Source: Seison nebaliae (taxonomy: Eukaryota). Taken from it: 64,000 bases of DNA. The stretch is from contig JALJEE010001281.1 of NCBI GenBank assembly GCA_023231475.1, forward strand, positions 1 through 64,000, read 5' to 3'. Of the stretch, positions 36,401 through 49,319 are shown one piece after another. The first letter of the stretch is position 1; the number at the start of each line of letters is the position of its first letter. A model generated the notes under the pieces. It was given only the letters and a program-made list of their open reading frames with translations. It had not been told where the DNA came from and did no database searches. Made by a program: the position numbers and the translations under genes.

Positions 36401-39400
36401 GTCATCTCCTTCACTCACAATAAGTTGATGATAATCATGATTATTATTATTATTATTATGACGATGATGATGATGATGATGATGCACTCCTCCATTAATT
36501 GATTGGAATATAATCATTATTTTTATTAACATAGTATTGCGTGATTATTCCAGCCATATTTCTTTATTCCCTTCTGATATTTCATACTTAATTAATTTAG
36601 TGAGTAAATGATTCTTTGCAATTATTCTGTTTCTCATTTGTTAGATTTGAACGGAAATCCAATATCCTAACAAACTCGCCCATGAACATCGAGTACTTTG
36701 TACGATTGGTGGATCTTTGTAGAAATATTAATTGGAATGTTCCACTCTGACTTCCACATTTCCATTGTCAACGAATATCGACATAAATAATTTCTGCATA
36801 TGAATTTCGTACTCTAAATTCATGTTTTTCTAAATAATCAATAGCCGATCGATTCGTTTAGAGGAATCGGTAAAAATAACAGAATCCCAATAAGCACTCA
36901 TCTTTGACTACGTCGAAATATCGATTGAACAAATCTTATTATTTTGGACAAATTATTTGGAGAGAATTTTAAACGAAAAGAAAATTTTAAATGAGTTCCT
37001 CTCACTAAATTGTTGTGAAAAGAAATAGTGAAGAAAGTATTGGAAGGAGCGAGAAGGAGAAGGAAAGGAATAGAGAAATTTCAAAAACAAAAATTTACTA
37101 ACTGGAATACCTTGCTTATTCAATAAATCGAGAAGATGTTTGATACTTTTATCTCGTGTCTCAAGTGTTTGTCTTTGTGTCTCAATGAAAACTTCGAGCT
37201 GATTAATAGTTTCTCGCAATAATTCTGCTTCTTCATTTAACTCATCCATCGATTTTCCTTCACATACATTCATCTTAAGATTTTCGTTATTTTTTACCAG
37301 TTTCTGTTGTTGTTTCTCATGATATTGTTGATGGTGATGATGATGATGATGATGATGAAGTTTATTATCTTTTGTTTTCACTTTCATTTTAGATGATTGA
37401 TTATCTTCGTTAATATTCTTGTTTGGAATGATGGAATCTAAAGATTGGTTGTCGTTACAAATATTGTGCTGACTGGCCGCTGTGAAGCGGGTAAGCTCTT
37501 TTGTCATCTCATTGATACGTAATAATAGAACCTGTAATTGTGTTTCCAAAAAGAGAATGAAGATCAGAGAAATTAAAATTTGTGTGTTTCAGATCGAAGA
37601 AGAATCTGTTATTGGAACAATTCGAATTTAATGAAATGTGAATAAAGATAAAATGGATTAACAAGAAATTCTCATTCGCCTTAAACTATAAAATCCTTTT
37701 CTCTCAAAAATACCGTTATGAAAAATATAAATGGACAACATACATTTCCAATCGAATTAATGATGTGAATGGATTGTTGAGGAATGAAATGGAATGAATA
37801 TAATGAATTATCCTAAGCATTTCCTTCAGATATTTGAGTCTACATGATACGCCATTAATCTTCTCGGGAAAGAACCTTTGTTGGCGCGGACGATTTTCCC
37901 TTCCTTATTCCTCAGAGGCAATTCATTCATCTTATCCGTAAATATTTAGAATAATCATCATTCTCCTAAATAATTTGTCAATGAGAAATTTCTATGGAAA
38001 ATAATCTTTCATTTCACGCATGTCATTCGTAGATATTCGGTTTTAGCTATCGTATTATTATTAATATTTTTACAATTTATTATTATACCTCCCAACAATT
38101 CATTTCTTAATCAAATTTTACCAAATTAATCATGTTCATATCAAACGGATCCAATCGGAAATATTCACCAAATTAAAGACATATATTTCCCACAAACTTT
38201 CTCCATTCTACAATTTCGGTCCGAACACCTTCATTTTCTTCTTAATCTTCTTTCCAACTATTTACCTATGCTTTCCACTGGCGAGTGAGATGCCAATAGT
38301 TTTAAATTTCGGAAATGAATTTTATGAAATTCGAATTCATCACCCGAAAGTTGAGGTGTGTTCTGTATATTCGGATGATGCATGTAAATTGCGTGAATTG
38401 TCGATTGTTTTCCACTCTCACTAGTCACAAGTGTTGAATGAATTATATTAAATTTCTCATATGAAATGGAATACATCTGATAAGATTTCTGAAGTAGATG
38501 AATTGGAGAGGTTGGTCTTCCTTCGAGAGAATGTCTAATCATCAAGAGAAGAAAACCTCAGTCATGAATATAGAAGAACTAGGTTGGACAAAGTTTAAGG
38601 TGAAGTTCTTATTATTCATTCATTGTTCTTTCATTACTAATAATTGTGATTATACATATCTCACATACCTTAACTCTACAACTCCCATTTATTATGATGA
38701 TATGACGCACGTAATGATAGTTTATTCGGTATCATATCTTACATATTAGCAGTAATGATTTGCTCATAAAATAATTTATATGACGTTTGTATTCATATGC
38801 AAAGTCTTTATTTATATTCTCTTCATAGTTCGGCCTTTTTTTCCGCTAGAACTCCTGCTTCGTCATTCTATCGCGCTACCATGTCCACGGAGCGACATGT
38901 ACGTAAAAACTTGTAAGTCATATCAGTTGGGAGGAGGGATGGAGAAACATACAGAAAGAAAGTTTTTTTTTGTCTTCGCTCGTTCTACTTCTTTCATTGA
39001 CACATGTGCAACAATCCGTAATATGTACATCCGTCAAACATATAAATTTTTGTAAAAAACGAAAGTTTCTTCCAACAATATTATAAGAAAAGTCGTTCGG
39101 TTACACATGAGCATTTGGGAGAAGAATTACGATTATACATAAATTTACATTTACTTCTTATAATATTAAATAATTTATTATTATTATAACAATATTGAGA
39201 TTCCACTGAACGATTCTCATCGTTCTTCGCAAATGGGAAATTGTTAGATTCGTTTTCTCTCTCTTTCTCCTTCATTCCATTCCCGGTCGCATATACATCG
39301 AGCACTCAGCTCAAATAATGATTATGAATTAACGATTGAGGAAGCAGTCGTATGAACAATGGGAGCATGTATATGAGAATTGACATTTTTCACATCCATC

Positions 39401-42400
39401 TCCCTTAGAAAAAACAGATTTCTAATTTGAAAATTCGACGAAGATTTCATTTGAAAATTAATCATCTCAATTTACATCCGAATGAGATGAGAATGGAGAA
39501 GTTTCGGCTTGTTCATGTCAAAGTATTATTCGGTCCACTTTTCATCCCACTTAACCTACAACATCTCCTGTCTGTCTCCTGCTTGATGGCAGGATGGTGA
39601 AGTAAATATGAAGTACGATTGAAGCTTCTCATAACTTCCTCCATCAATCCCAGTTGCGACATGCATCAACTCTCGTTCTTTCATTACGAGTTGGCCTTCT
39701 TTCTTTCCTTTCACTTCGACATTCCGTTTAACGCCATCCTTTCAGTGTAAACAATTCTGCAAACAACTTCACTAAATAACAACCAAATTAGAATTATGGA
39801 CAAAATTCATCCGCTAATTCGTCTCTTGGTCACAATTTGTATCTTTCTTTCTCCGATACAACTTCTTATTGACAACTTAATTACGACCAGTGAACCGGTC
39901 AACTAGTTTAATGGACAGTTGATCAATTCGTTTGTAATTTCCTTTTCGACATTTCATCATTGTCATTCGGGTGAAATAATTTGGAGTTTGACTAACCTCC
40001 GTTTGGGAGAGAAGAGATTTGTTGACATTCACTTTTCCCCGACGTGTTCTTCGAATGATTTGTGTTGTTAATGGGATTAGATTAGGGAAATTAATTAAAT
40101 TCTCATTAAAATTCATCAACATGTTACTTAAAACGATGATGCTGATGAGGAGGAGGAGGAGGAGAGAATGTTGAAACTTATTGGAAAATATGAACTGGTG
40201 ACGGATAAGAGAAAGAAACGAAACAAGGAAATAACGAATTGATTTGTTCAATCAATTTTTCAGATTAACAACTTTTAGATATCATTGTTAGACTAGGGAA
40301 TAATATGAGTGAACCATGAATTCATAATATTCATATGTAGGAAGGAGAGTGAAGTTGTTGATTGTGAGAAATTTCCTTTTTTCAAGTCTACTATGTCTGA
40401 TGTAATAAGAAATCTTACAATAATTAATGATTCTTCTAAATAACGAATGTTGAGTTGAAAAAGAAAAGGAAATGATTCTGAACGAGAATAGGTTAAATTG
40501 GACAAGTTAATGAAATGGGACATGGAGAAAGTTGAATAAGTTTTAATAAAAAAAATTGGATTGATATTTGAGTAGATTGAATTATTGATGCTTGAAACTG
40601 GTCAGCTATTCAATAATAATTCACTTCGATACTCTTCTAATGAACAATGAGAGAGAATCTCACTAGAAATTATATTCTACCATTTTTTTTTCTTTTCAAT
40701 CTTTTCATGCATAATTTGTGCAACGACTAATTTTTGATATTAATCATTCCTTCGACTTATACCCAATATAAATATTTCGTATTATTCCAATTCTTTTCCA
40801 ACAACAACAAGAAAAAGAAAAAATAAAATAATGTTGAAATTGAATAATTAGATTATATTAACTATAACAAAAAAAAGAAATCTAAAACAAAGAAGAAAAT
40901 TAATTTCAATAAATATTTTTATCAACATCAAGAGACTTGTATAATTCTCCAAGAACTGTATTAATGTAACCAATGGCGACGATGGACTTCTTCGTCTTCG
41001 AGCTATATGATTTTACATAACCGTTTTCTGATATTAAGGTCCGAGAGTCAATTAATCGACGTGGTTCTAATCATCTTTTTTCATTATCATTAATGAATAA
41101 TGGAGATGTGAATGGTTGGATGAGAAGATTGGCATGATACATAAGAATAATCGTCAACCATTTTAATGATCATTCACAATATCGTTCCTGATATTTCCTT
41201 TTCGGCGTGTTGGGAATAGAAATTTCTCTCGAGTGCTCCCCTAATACTTCAGCACAACACTAACAACATCAGTCGATTTCCAAATAACTCAGATTATCAA
41301 CTACTTTAGTTACGATGTGGAGTAAAGGAATTTGTTTGATTTTGTGACTTGAATAATTTGAGAATTGACGTCATTCAACGATCGACTACAATCGACGAGA
41401 AGACAAATCATAATAACAACCTTTGCGTACTACCAAAAATACTTTCAAATTTACGAACAAACAATTTCCACTAATAGGAACAGTCGAACGAGACATTTTC
41501 CCGGAAATTACAATGAGAAAAAATGTTCGAGCTAAAAAAAAATTCGATAAAAAACATAAACTAGATAAAACTAGTGATTCACTTTTGTTGTAAATTAAAC
41601 GAAGTTTAAAAAATGAAATTTGAAGAACGAGAGCAATTGGGAGTAAATCAATTTAAAGGATTGAATTACAATTTTAAATGATTCATTCGTTCGACATTAT
41701 TCGTATTAGAATAATGTTCATGTTTTTTCCACGCCATAAATGACGTCAAATAAATTTTGTTCGTAGAAAATGCAAAATTGAATAGAAATTCGTTCACTTC
41801 TCTAAAGGAGGTTCTTTTCCGATTCTGATAAATTAAATGAGTATAACTTCAATCCACCTTCAATCCTGGAGGGTGGAGAAGAAAAATTTTGTAGATTTTC
41901 TCAAAACTGAAAAATTTTCCAAAATATTTTCTATAACTATCTAATTTCGAAATTCATTCGTCTATCGATAGAACTTACGATCGATAATAAAATCAATTGG
42001 TCAGAATTCTTTCATAATAATATCATAAAATTCTTTCGAAATTGTTTTCTGGTGGGACAATGTACCTAAGGTAGTTAGTGTTAAATTGGGAAGAATGTGA
42101 ATTGTATTCGTTTCCGTAGAAAGGGTGATAACAGATATAGAGCCAGTTATTCCTTCTAATCGAGAGATTGATCGTTTGGAATGCAGGAATGAGAGTATGA
42201 TAGTGGAGAATAAAATAGATCTTTGGAGTGAAGCATAAAAATGGATAAGTAATCGATTCGAGTAAAAGGAGAGTTCGAATGTAAGGGAATTTGGAAAACA
42301 GGACACTTGAACGAAAGAATGGAGTCGATAAAATTAGATATACGTACAGTTGGATGGAGAGAAGGAGATATAAATCGAATGAACAAAGTTCTCCCAACGA

Positions 42401-45400
42401 TCGAGTAGTAGAAGAGGATGGGAGACAATACTGACGAAGAATACTACTACTACTACTACGACTACGACTGTTGGTAGTAGTAGTGTTGTAAGAATTCCTT
42501 GTCAAACAGAAACGACAATAAAGGGGGGCCAAATGTAGTGGAGGACGAGAAAGGAGTAGAAATGGAAGCAACCAAGGATGATAGATGGCATCTGAGAGGA
42601 GAATTAAAAGAAAAGGAAGAAAGAAAGAAAAAATGTTGATCGAATGAGAATGTATCGTTAATTTAAAAATCTATTTTCATTTGCCGTTTTTCACACTGAT
42701 TATTACAATAATCCGATTAATAAAATGAAGAAGAAAAAAAGGAAAACTAACTCGTTTCTCTTCGTTTAATTCACTTAATTTATCGGTCACTATTATCGTC
42801 TTAATGGTTTCCTCTTTTATTTCGTTACGTTTGCGACGCAATTCTGGACTCCAGTAGTTTTGAATACTATCGATATTGTGCGCTAGTCGTTTGCCCAAAA
42901 CATTTGATTGATGATGAAGAGCATCAATTTCGCTCTTCATCTCACTTGTCATCATTCGACATTTCTTCGATGTACATACGTCATCGTTATCTAAGGAGAA
43001 AGAAGAAATCAATTATCTGCTTCTCAATGAGCACAGTGTCTTGTTGCATAACTCATCATCTCCTCTTTAACTTCGTTCAACAGTTCGTTTAGTAAGATTT
43101 GATAAGAAAACAATCCAAAAAATTAATTAGAAATTTTCCTCTTACGATTAACTCAAATATTATTCCCTGTTATCCTAATTGTTTTTTTTTTATCATCACC
43201 ATCATCATGACTATCGAGTGAAGGATGTTCATCTCACTAAATTCATTCTCACTTAAATTATTATTCGATAAGGAAATATTGATTAGAAGGAAAAGAAGAA
43301 TAATAACAATGATATCTCATATCGTCCGTTTGGACTAAACTGGCCGTTGTTGGTCGTTTTTTCGTATTGTTATTTTTTCTCGTTAATATCGTGGGTAATA
43401 TGGTCGAGGGAATATTTGAATCATCTCCACTTCTCAATCTTGTTGTTGTTGTTGTTGTCGATTCTTCTTCAGTGTTCTTCTTTCTTTCTGATCCGATGGA
43501 TGCATGAGAGAAAGATGGTAAATGATTGATCAATTCAGCTCGATCAGCTTGTAACATTTCTTCTTTTCGTTTTTGTAATTTGCTTCGTTGTTCGTGAAGG
43601 AATTGTTGGATGTTCGTCGACAACAAATAATGAAGTTCATTGATGAGATTTGATTGTTGATTAATTTCGTTGATATTCTCATTGTTTCCCATTAACTTAT
43701 TCTCCGATGATGGTTGTTGTGTTGAATCGATTTCAGTTATAACATAATCCGAAGTGTTGTTCATTTGAATTGATTCATTTTTGATGTGATGAGTAGTTGA
43801 TGTAAGAATGGGAATATTGGGAGTATTTGTCGTCGTTTGAATGATAGAGGAGGGAGAAGATGATGAAGATAATTGAGTAGAAATATTCGATATGAAATTT
43901 AAATTCGACGAATGATTCATGTGATGTTGATGAGTTAATGTGAAGAGTTGGGTTGGTGTAGTCATCTCATCAAAGAATCGACTTCGATTCTTTTGCTCTT
44001 CGATCTCACTCAATTTCACATCCTCCTCATCATCATCCTCCTTTTTCTTCCGTCCCTTATTCTCTAACAAGTTCTCCGTCGGATGTGGCAAACGTGTAAT
44101 ATCCATCGCATTACTCTGTACATTATCATTATGTTTCGTCGTTATTGTTGTTGTTGTTGTTGTTCTTGTGGTTATTGTTGTTGTTGAATTGTTAGAAGAG
44201 GAAGTTAGCATTATATTGGATGAAGAAGCGTTATCGATGGAATTGGATATTAATTTAGAATTAAGTTCATTTTTATCTATTTTCCATTCGCGTGCCTCTT
44301 CTTGATGATTTGGTTGATTTGATAATGATGATGAACGAAAGATTAGTGATTGTAAATCAGAAATCTTCCTCAAATCCTTATCGTCCTGCTCATGAAATTT
44401 TAACAACTTCTCCTCTCCAATACATTCCACCTCTCCATATTTGTGATGTTCTTGTGAATTATTCTCGATTCCATTGATATTCATTGTGTCATCTAATGGG
44501 CGGAATGAAATGGAAAGAATATCAGTAAGAAAGCTCTCGTTCTTCAGGGAAATGGAGTTGAAGATGAATATTTATAAAAATCTAATTAATCTTAATTCTT
44601 CTCCTAATTCCACAATCCATCAGGAATTCTAATTCCATCGACACAAAACTTACTAATATGAATCTCATGTATATTACCAATTAGTTATACAATTCTTCTT
44701 CTTCTATTCCTTAAAAAATCAAACGAATATTCGCTCCCAAATTTCTTTTCTTTCAACTTCCAACATACAATGAGAGTTCACTTCATTCAATTCCGTTTGA
44801 AAACGGAAATTTTTTTTATCAAGATTTCCAAATTCACAATATCTCCAACAATCAAATATACGTGGACTCAACTGTCAAATACAATATCCATCGACTAATG
44901 GCAGTAATTCTGCACAACATCCGCTCCCATTCAATTATGAGTGTTGGAGGAGAGATTTCTTAATAATTATTCCTCGTAAACTTCGATGAGGTTGAGGAGA
45001 CTGAAATTGAAAACAGAAATACAAACGAATTCTATTGGAAACTAAAGAAAACATTTCCATTTTTTCAATCTTCTTTCCTCTCATGATAATTGATGGTATT
45101 CAAGGTTACTTTCTCTTTAACATAATGATCATTATCGCAATGATGATAATAAAGATGGAAGACTAATGATAAAAATTGACAATGAAATTTCATGAAACTT
45201 TTAAAAAATCTAATAGATATCATCCGGAGAAATAGCATTATTACATGTTCTCAAAAATTTTTTTGTAGTTGTACGAGATTTTAATGAAATTTCTCTTCGA
45301 TATTCAATTTGATTTTCTCTCCTTTTCATTCACAAGTTATCGAGTGAACGAGTGATGAAGAATCTAAATTTACCAATAACTATTAAAATAGTTATTTCTG

Positions 45401-48400
45401 TTGTCGAATATTAAATTGTGCACAGAACCGTTAATTCCACATAAAACAATCAAATTTAGAGGGAGAGATGAATCGAATAAGGAATTGATGTGTGAGCACA
45501 CGTAATGGAACATTAATAAATTTTATGTGAAATGTAATTACATGAAATCGGTTGATCAGAAGATTCTCTGAGCATTTTCCCCATTTAACTAATATCTTCT
45601 TCCACCATATCACCAGTTATTGCGATGGTAATTGAGGAGATACTAATCTATTCTACTATGATAAGTGAGAAGAAAAAGGAATAAATTCATTATCATAATC
45701 ATCACCATCGCCACCAAATTTTTTTACCTATCGAATAGACATACTGTTGTTTTAGATGATATTTCATCAGTTGATATACCCTCAAGTAACATATGTTTCT
45801 TTACGTTCATTCTACCAGGTAGAAGTCGTTGAATATGAGTTGGAAGATGTAGATGTATATTATTATATTCATTCCCATCTCAATCTCTCTATCACAACCA
45901 TTACTCCAAAGATTAATGGTCTTGTTAGAATTCTCAGATACAATTCGCTCATACCTTCTCTTACATATGAAATATGCCCAACATTTCTCCTTATACATAT
46001 TTATCTCATCCATTTGACGATGATTACAGACGATTATTATTTTCTTTCCATTCTCACCAAAACGTGAGGGAATGGAAGAATTAATAAAAAATTCATACAC
46101 TCCAAAAAATCAAATATTTCAATCATTCTCATTATTACTAATATTCTTTCTCGTCCAAGCTGATACAATAAGTACATTGTACGATAACACATATAACGAC
46201 ATAGAATCATATAAGTGGATATTATATACGGTAAGATTGCATTCTGTCAATCATCGAACATGTTCAAAACGGAGTGATATATTGATTGATGAAGAAGAAG
46301 GAAAATAATGATCAATTTGCTTTTAGATACTCTTCCGAGAGGTTATAATCCGGTAATTGATCATAATCGAATCGATAAAAGAAAATGCTACTATTAGCAG
46401 GGGATATGCACATAATATGCACAGGACATTTTCATCGAAATTTAGAGAAATGAGCTCTGGAAGTTCATGTCTAGTGTCAATAGAAGATTAAGGAGAAATC
46501 AAATAAAAGAATAATTCGCTTACTGGAAAAGAGTGAAAGTATGTGAATTCTTCTCGAACTGCCCATATTACTACTGTATTACTTCTAACTGTATCAATAG
46601 TAAATGCGCAGATTATATTTCTACTAATATATTTCTAAACACGATCTGACTGATAATAATTTTTTTTTCAAACGAAGAATAAATTGTAAACTTTGACAGC
46701 GATTGGAAGGGAAGGACGGTAAAATGTCATCGATAGATCGATGAGAATCTTTGCTTGAAATTCTTTCGTAACGTTTCATGCCCAAAGCCTGGAATGAACT
46801 TTTCTTAACATCTTCGCTTTGAGTTAAGTCTTCGAAAAAGGTTTGCGAGTCATTCGACGAATAAAAGGGATTTGTCTCGTTCGATGAAGAGAATCGTATT
46901 TTCTCCTTCTGATTATCTCGTCGACATTCACTATTATTTATATTTTGAGATTTATTCGTATTGGATTGATCTTTTCCTACAATTTTATCTGATGGCGCTC
47001 CTGCCACTTGTTGATATCGATCAGACGATGAATTATTCGATGAATAATATTGATGAGATGACGTCACTTTATTCTCACTTTGCCGCTGATATAATTTGAT
47101 TATATTGTTCTCTTCTAACATTCGCTCATAACGCAACATTTGACTACTTAATGTGTTTCCATTAATTTCATTATTATTCGATTTTTTTTTCCTTCCAAAC
47201 GAATCTTCACATCCACTTTCACTCCGATGATTTCGAGATTGAGATTGTGAATTATTCACAGCGCTTATCGATTCCAATGCCGATGGTTGTTGTGCAGGTG
47301 GAGATTGTATCGGTGATGATGTTTTGGAAGAAATGGAGAAGAAATCGATTTTTCTTTTTTCTTCTTCCCTTGTCTCTTTCGGTTGATTGGGATAGTAGTC
47401 ACCTAATTCATATTGATAGTATTGTTTGTCATGTTCCTGGTTTCCGTTATGATGAGTGGTGAGGAAGAATTCGTCAATATCGTCTTCTTTTTCATCATCA
47501 TCATCCTCCTCCCCCTCCTCCTCCTCATCATTCACGTCCTTACTCTTTACAATATCTTCACGGAAATTTTCCATGTCATTGTTAGTTCGAAGAGAATATC
47601 TTGTTTCTTCACTTAACCGATTCATCTTATCTAAATTATTATTGTTTAACGAATTTCGAAGAGAGTCCGTCTGATATAAATGTTCATATGATTCATTGAA
47701 TAATTGCATATTCTCATTCTTCTCATTATTATGTTGCGCATAAATTTCTGCATATTTCTTTTCTAATTCATCATTCGTTCTATTCGAATATACACCTAAT
47801 GACGATTGCTTCTTTATTGGTGTTATTGTCGTTGTTGTTGTCGTCGTCATCGTTGTTATCATCATCGTTGTCGTTGTCGTTGTCGTTGTTGGGGAAGGTA
47901 ATGGTGATGAATAAGAACTTAAATTGTTATTATTATTGTAAGAAGATGGTAAATTGATAGAGTTGGAATTGTTGTTCGTGGTGAGAATATCGAACGATAA
48001 TAAATGTTCATTCTTCAATTCTTGTGCCTGCATGCCGATCGATGTGACGATCGTCATATTAGTCGTCGAATCGGCACTAATGTCATCTGGTAAGAAATGA
48101 TTTTTCGATGAAATCTCAAAATTAGTCTTTTCCACATTATGTTCTAAAGTTCGACGTCTTTGAGTGTTAGCATGTGTGGAATGAATGAAATCTTTTGGGG
48201 ATTTATTCATATTGAATTGGAGGAAATCGTTTTCATTCATATCCGATTCCATACTACTACGAAATGATTCAATGTTACAATTATCGTCCGATGTCACCGA
48301 AGATCCGAGAAGTCGATTAAATAAAATCTTCTTTTCATTCATATTCATATCTCCCAGCAATAATTGCATAACGTTCCGTCGTTCTTCAAATCTGATTAAA

Positions 48401-48726
48401 TCCTTATCATCCAAATCATTATTCTTCTCTTCCTCTCCCAACGACAATTTACATTGTTTCCCCAATTTACCCATTTCGCTATTATTCATCAGATCATCAT
48501 ATTGATCATTCTTGTTGTTGTGAAAGCGAAATAAATTCTCGTCCGTCGTAAATGAATTAATCAAATTCATGTTATCCATTTCGTTCATCGACCGTTCTTT
48601 TTCTTCTGCCGAATCTTTTCTTCTCGAATGCCCTTCTTGTTTTTGAGCGTTCTCATACGATTGGAATGTCAAATGGATTTCATGTTCTAAACTTCTCCAT
48701 TTCTCATCCGATAAATTCATCGACAT
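31797..48726 (-). CDS. ERC: ELKS/ERC/CAST (Bruchpilot-related) active-zone coiled-coil protein with a long low-complexity N-terminus, up to about 2290 aa, 12 exons
   Basis: IDSIQNYWSPELRRKR (cf. SIKTFWSPELKKER), ETQRQTLETRDKSIKHLLDLL, DLQHYVSVLKEAI, KDRKIAVMQRKIENLEEQL, ERERRIEELEAALCDS, C-terminus DEDGIYA* (cf. EEGIWA*). Exons 48726-46692, 44492-43341, 42990-42752, 37531-37103, 35161-35045, 34992-34783, 34732-34546, 34490-34405, 34349-34043, 33994-33831, 33780-33360, 33310-31797 total 6861 nt in frame. The first two exons are linked only by splice-phase compatibility. Confidence 0.85.
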
Positions 48727-49303
48727 CTCTCACCAATTATCTAATCAATACAGTTGCACTCAATTGTTCTTATGGATATTTTTCGCAATTTTCGGACAAA
48801 TTCAAATTTGTTTTAATTTTCTCACTAATTCTACTCATTCACTTATGGTTTTCATATCCCCAAACTTCTCACAAATACAGTAACCACTTCAGTTGCCCAT
48901 ATAGAAAGTTCTGTGGGGGAAAAAATGTTTTGTAAAAAAATTTCATACGACTCTCTCGCTCGAAGAAGAAGAAGAAGAAGAAGATGAAGACAAAGATTAA
49001 AGTTTTCTGTAGAACAATTGAATAAACAATTTGATGTGATTTCTTGGTTTTACTGGGTGCACGCAAGGAAATGCTCTCGTTCTAAATAGGAAAAGATCAA
49101 CTGTTTCTTGTTTCGTTTGGAATAAGGAAATTCGAACGACAAATAATTCACTTCAATATTCCAATTAGAATTTTGAGATCGAACAGCAGATAATATATAG
49201 GATGAACTTAAAAATGGAGAAAGAAAGAAAGGAAACAACGAAAGGATAAACTCGGCAAATCGTAAACATGATCATTGAATTTTGTGCTATTCAACACTTT
49301 CTT

Positions 49304-49319
49304 CGTTGTCATGGCAACG
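49304..49319. promoter_or_regulatory. RFX X-box motif CGTTGTCATGGCAACG
   Basis: One mismatch from the classic GTTGCCATGGCAAC. About 0.58 kb upstream of the putative ELKS ATG at 48726. Confidence 0.65.

Noticed and set aside
35200..42600. ORFs inside ELKS introns (35579, 38258, 38780, 42023 etc.) as nested genes
   Set aside because: No recognisable domains; many use non-ATG starts or are low complexity.
46561..46610. Weak ~50-nt hairpin in an ELKS intron
   Set aside because: Several bulges and mismatches in AT-rich sequence; no match to a known RNA family.
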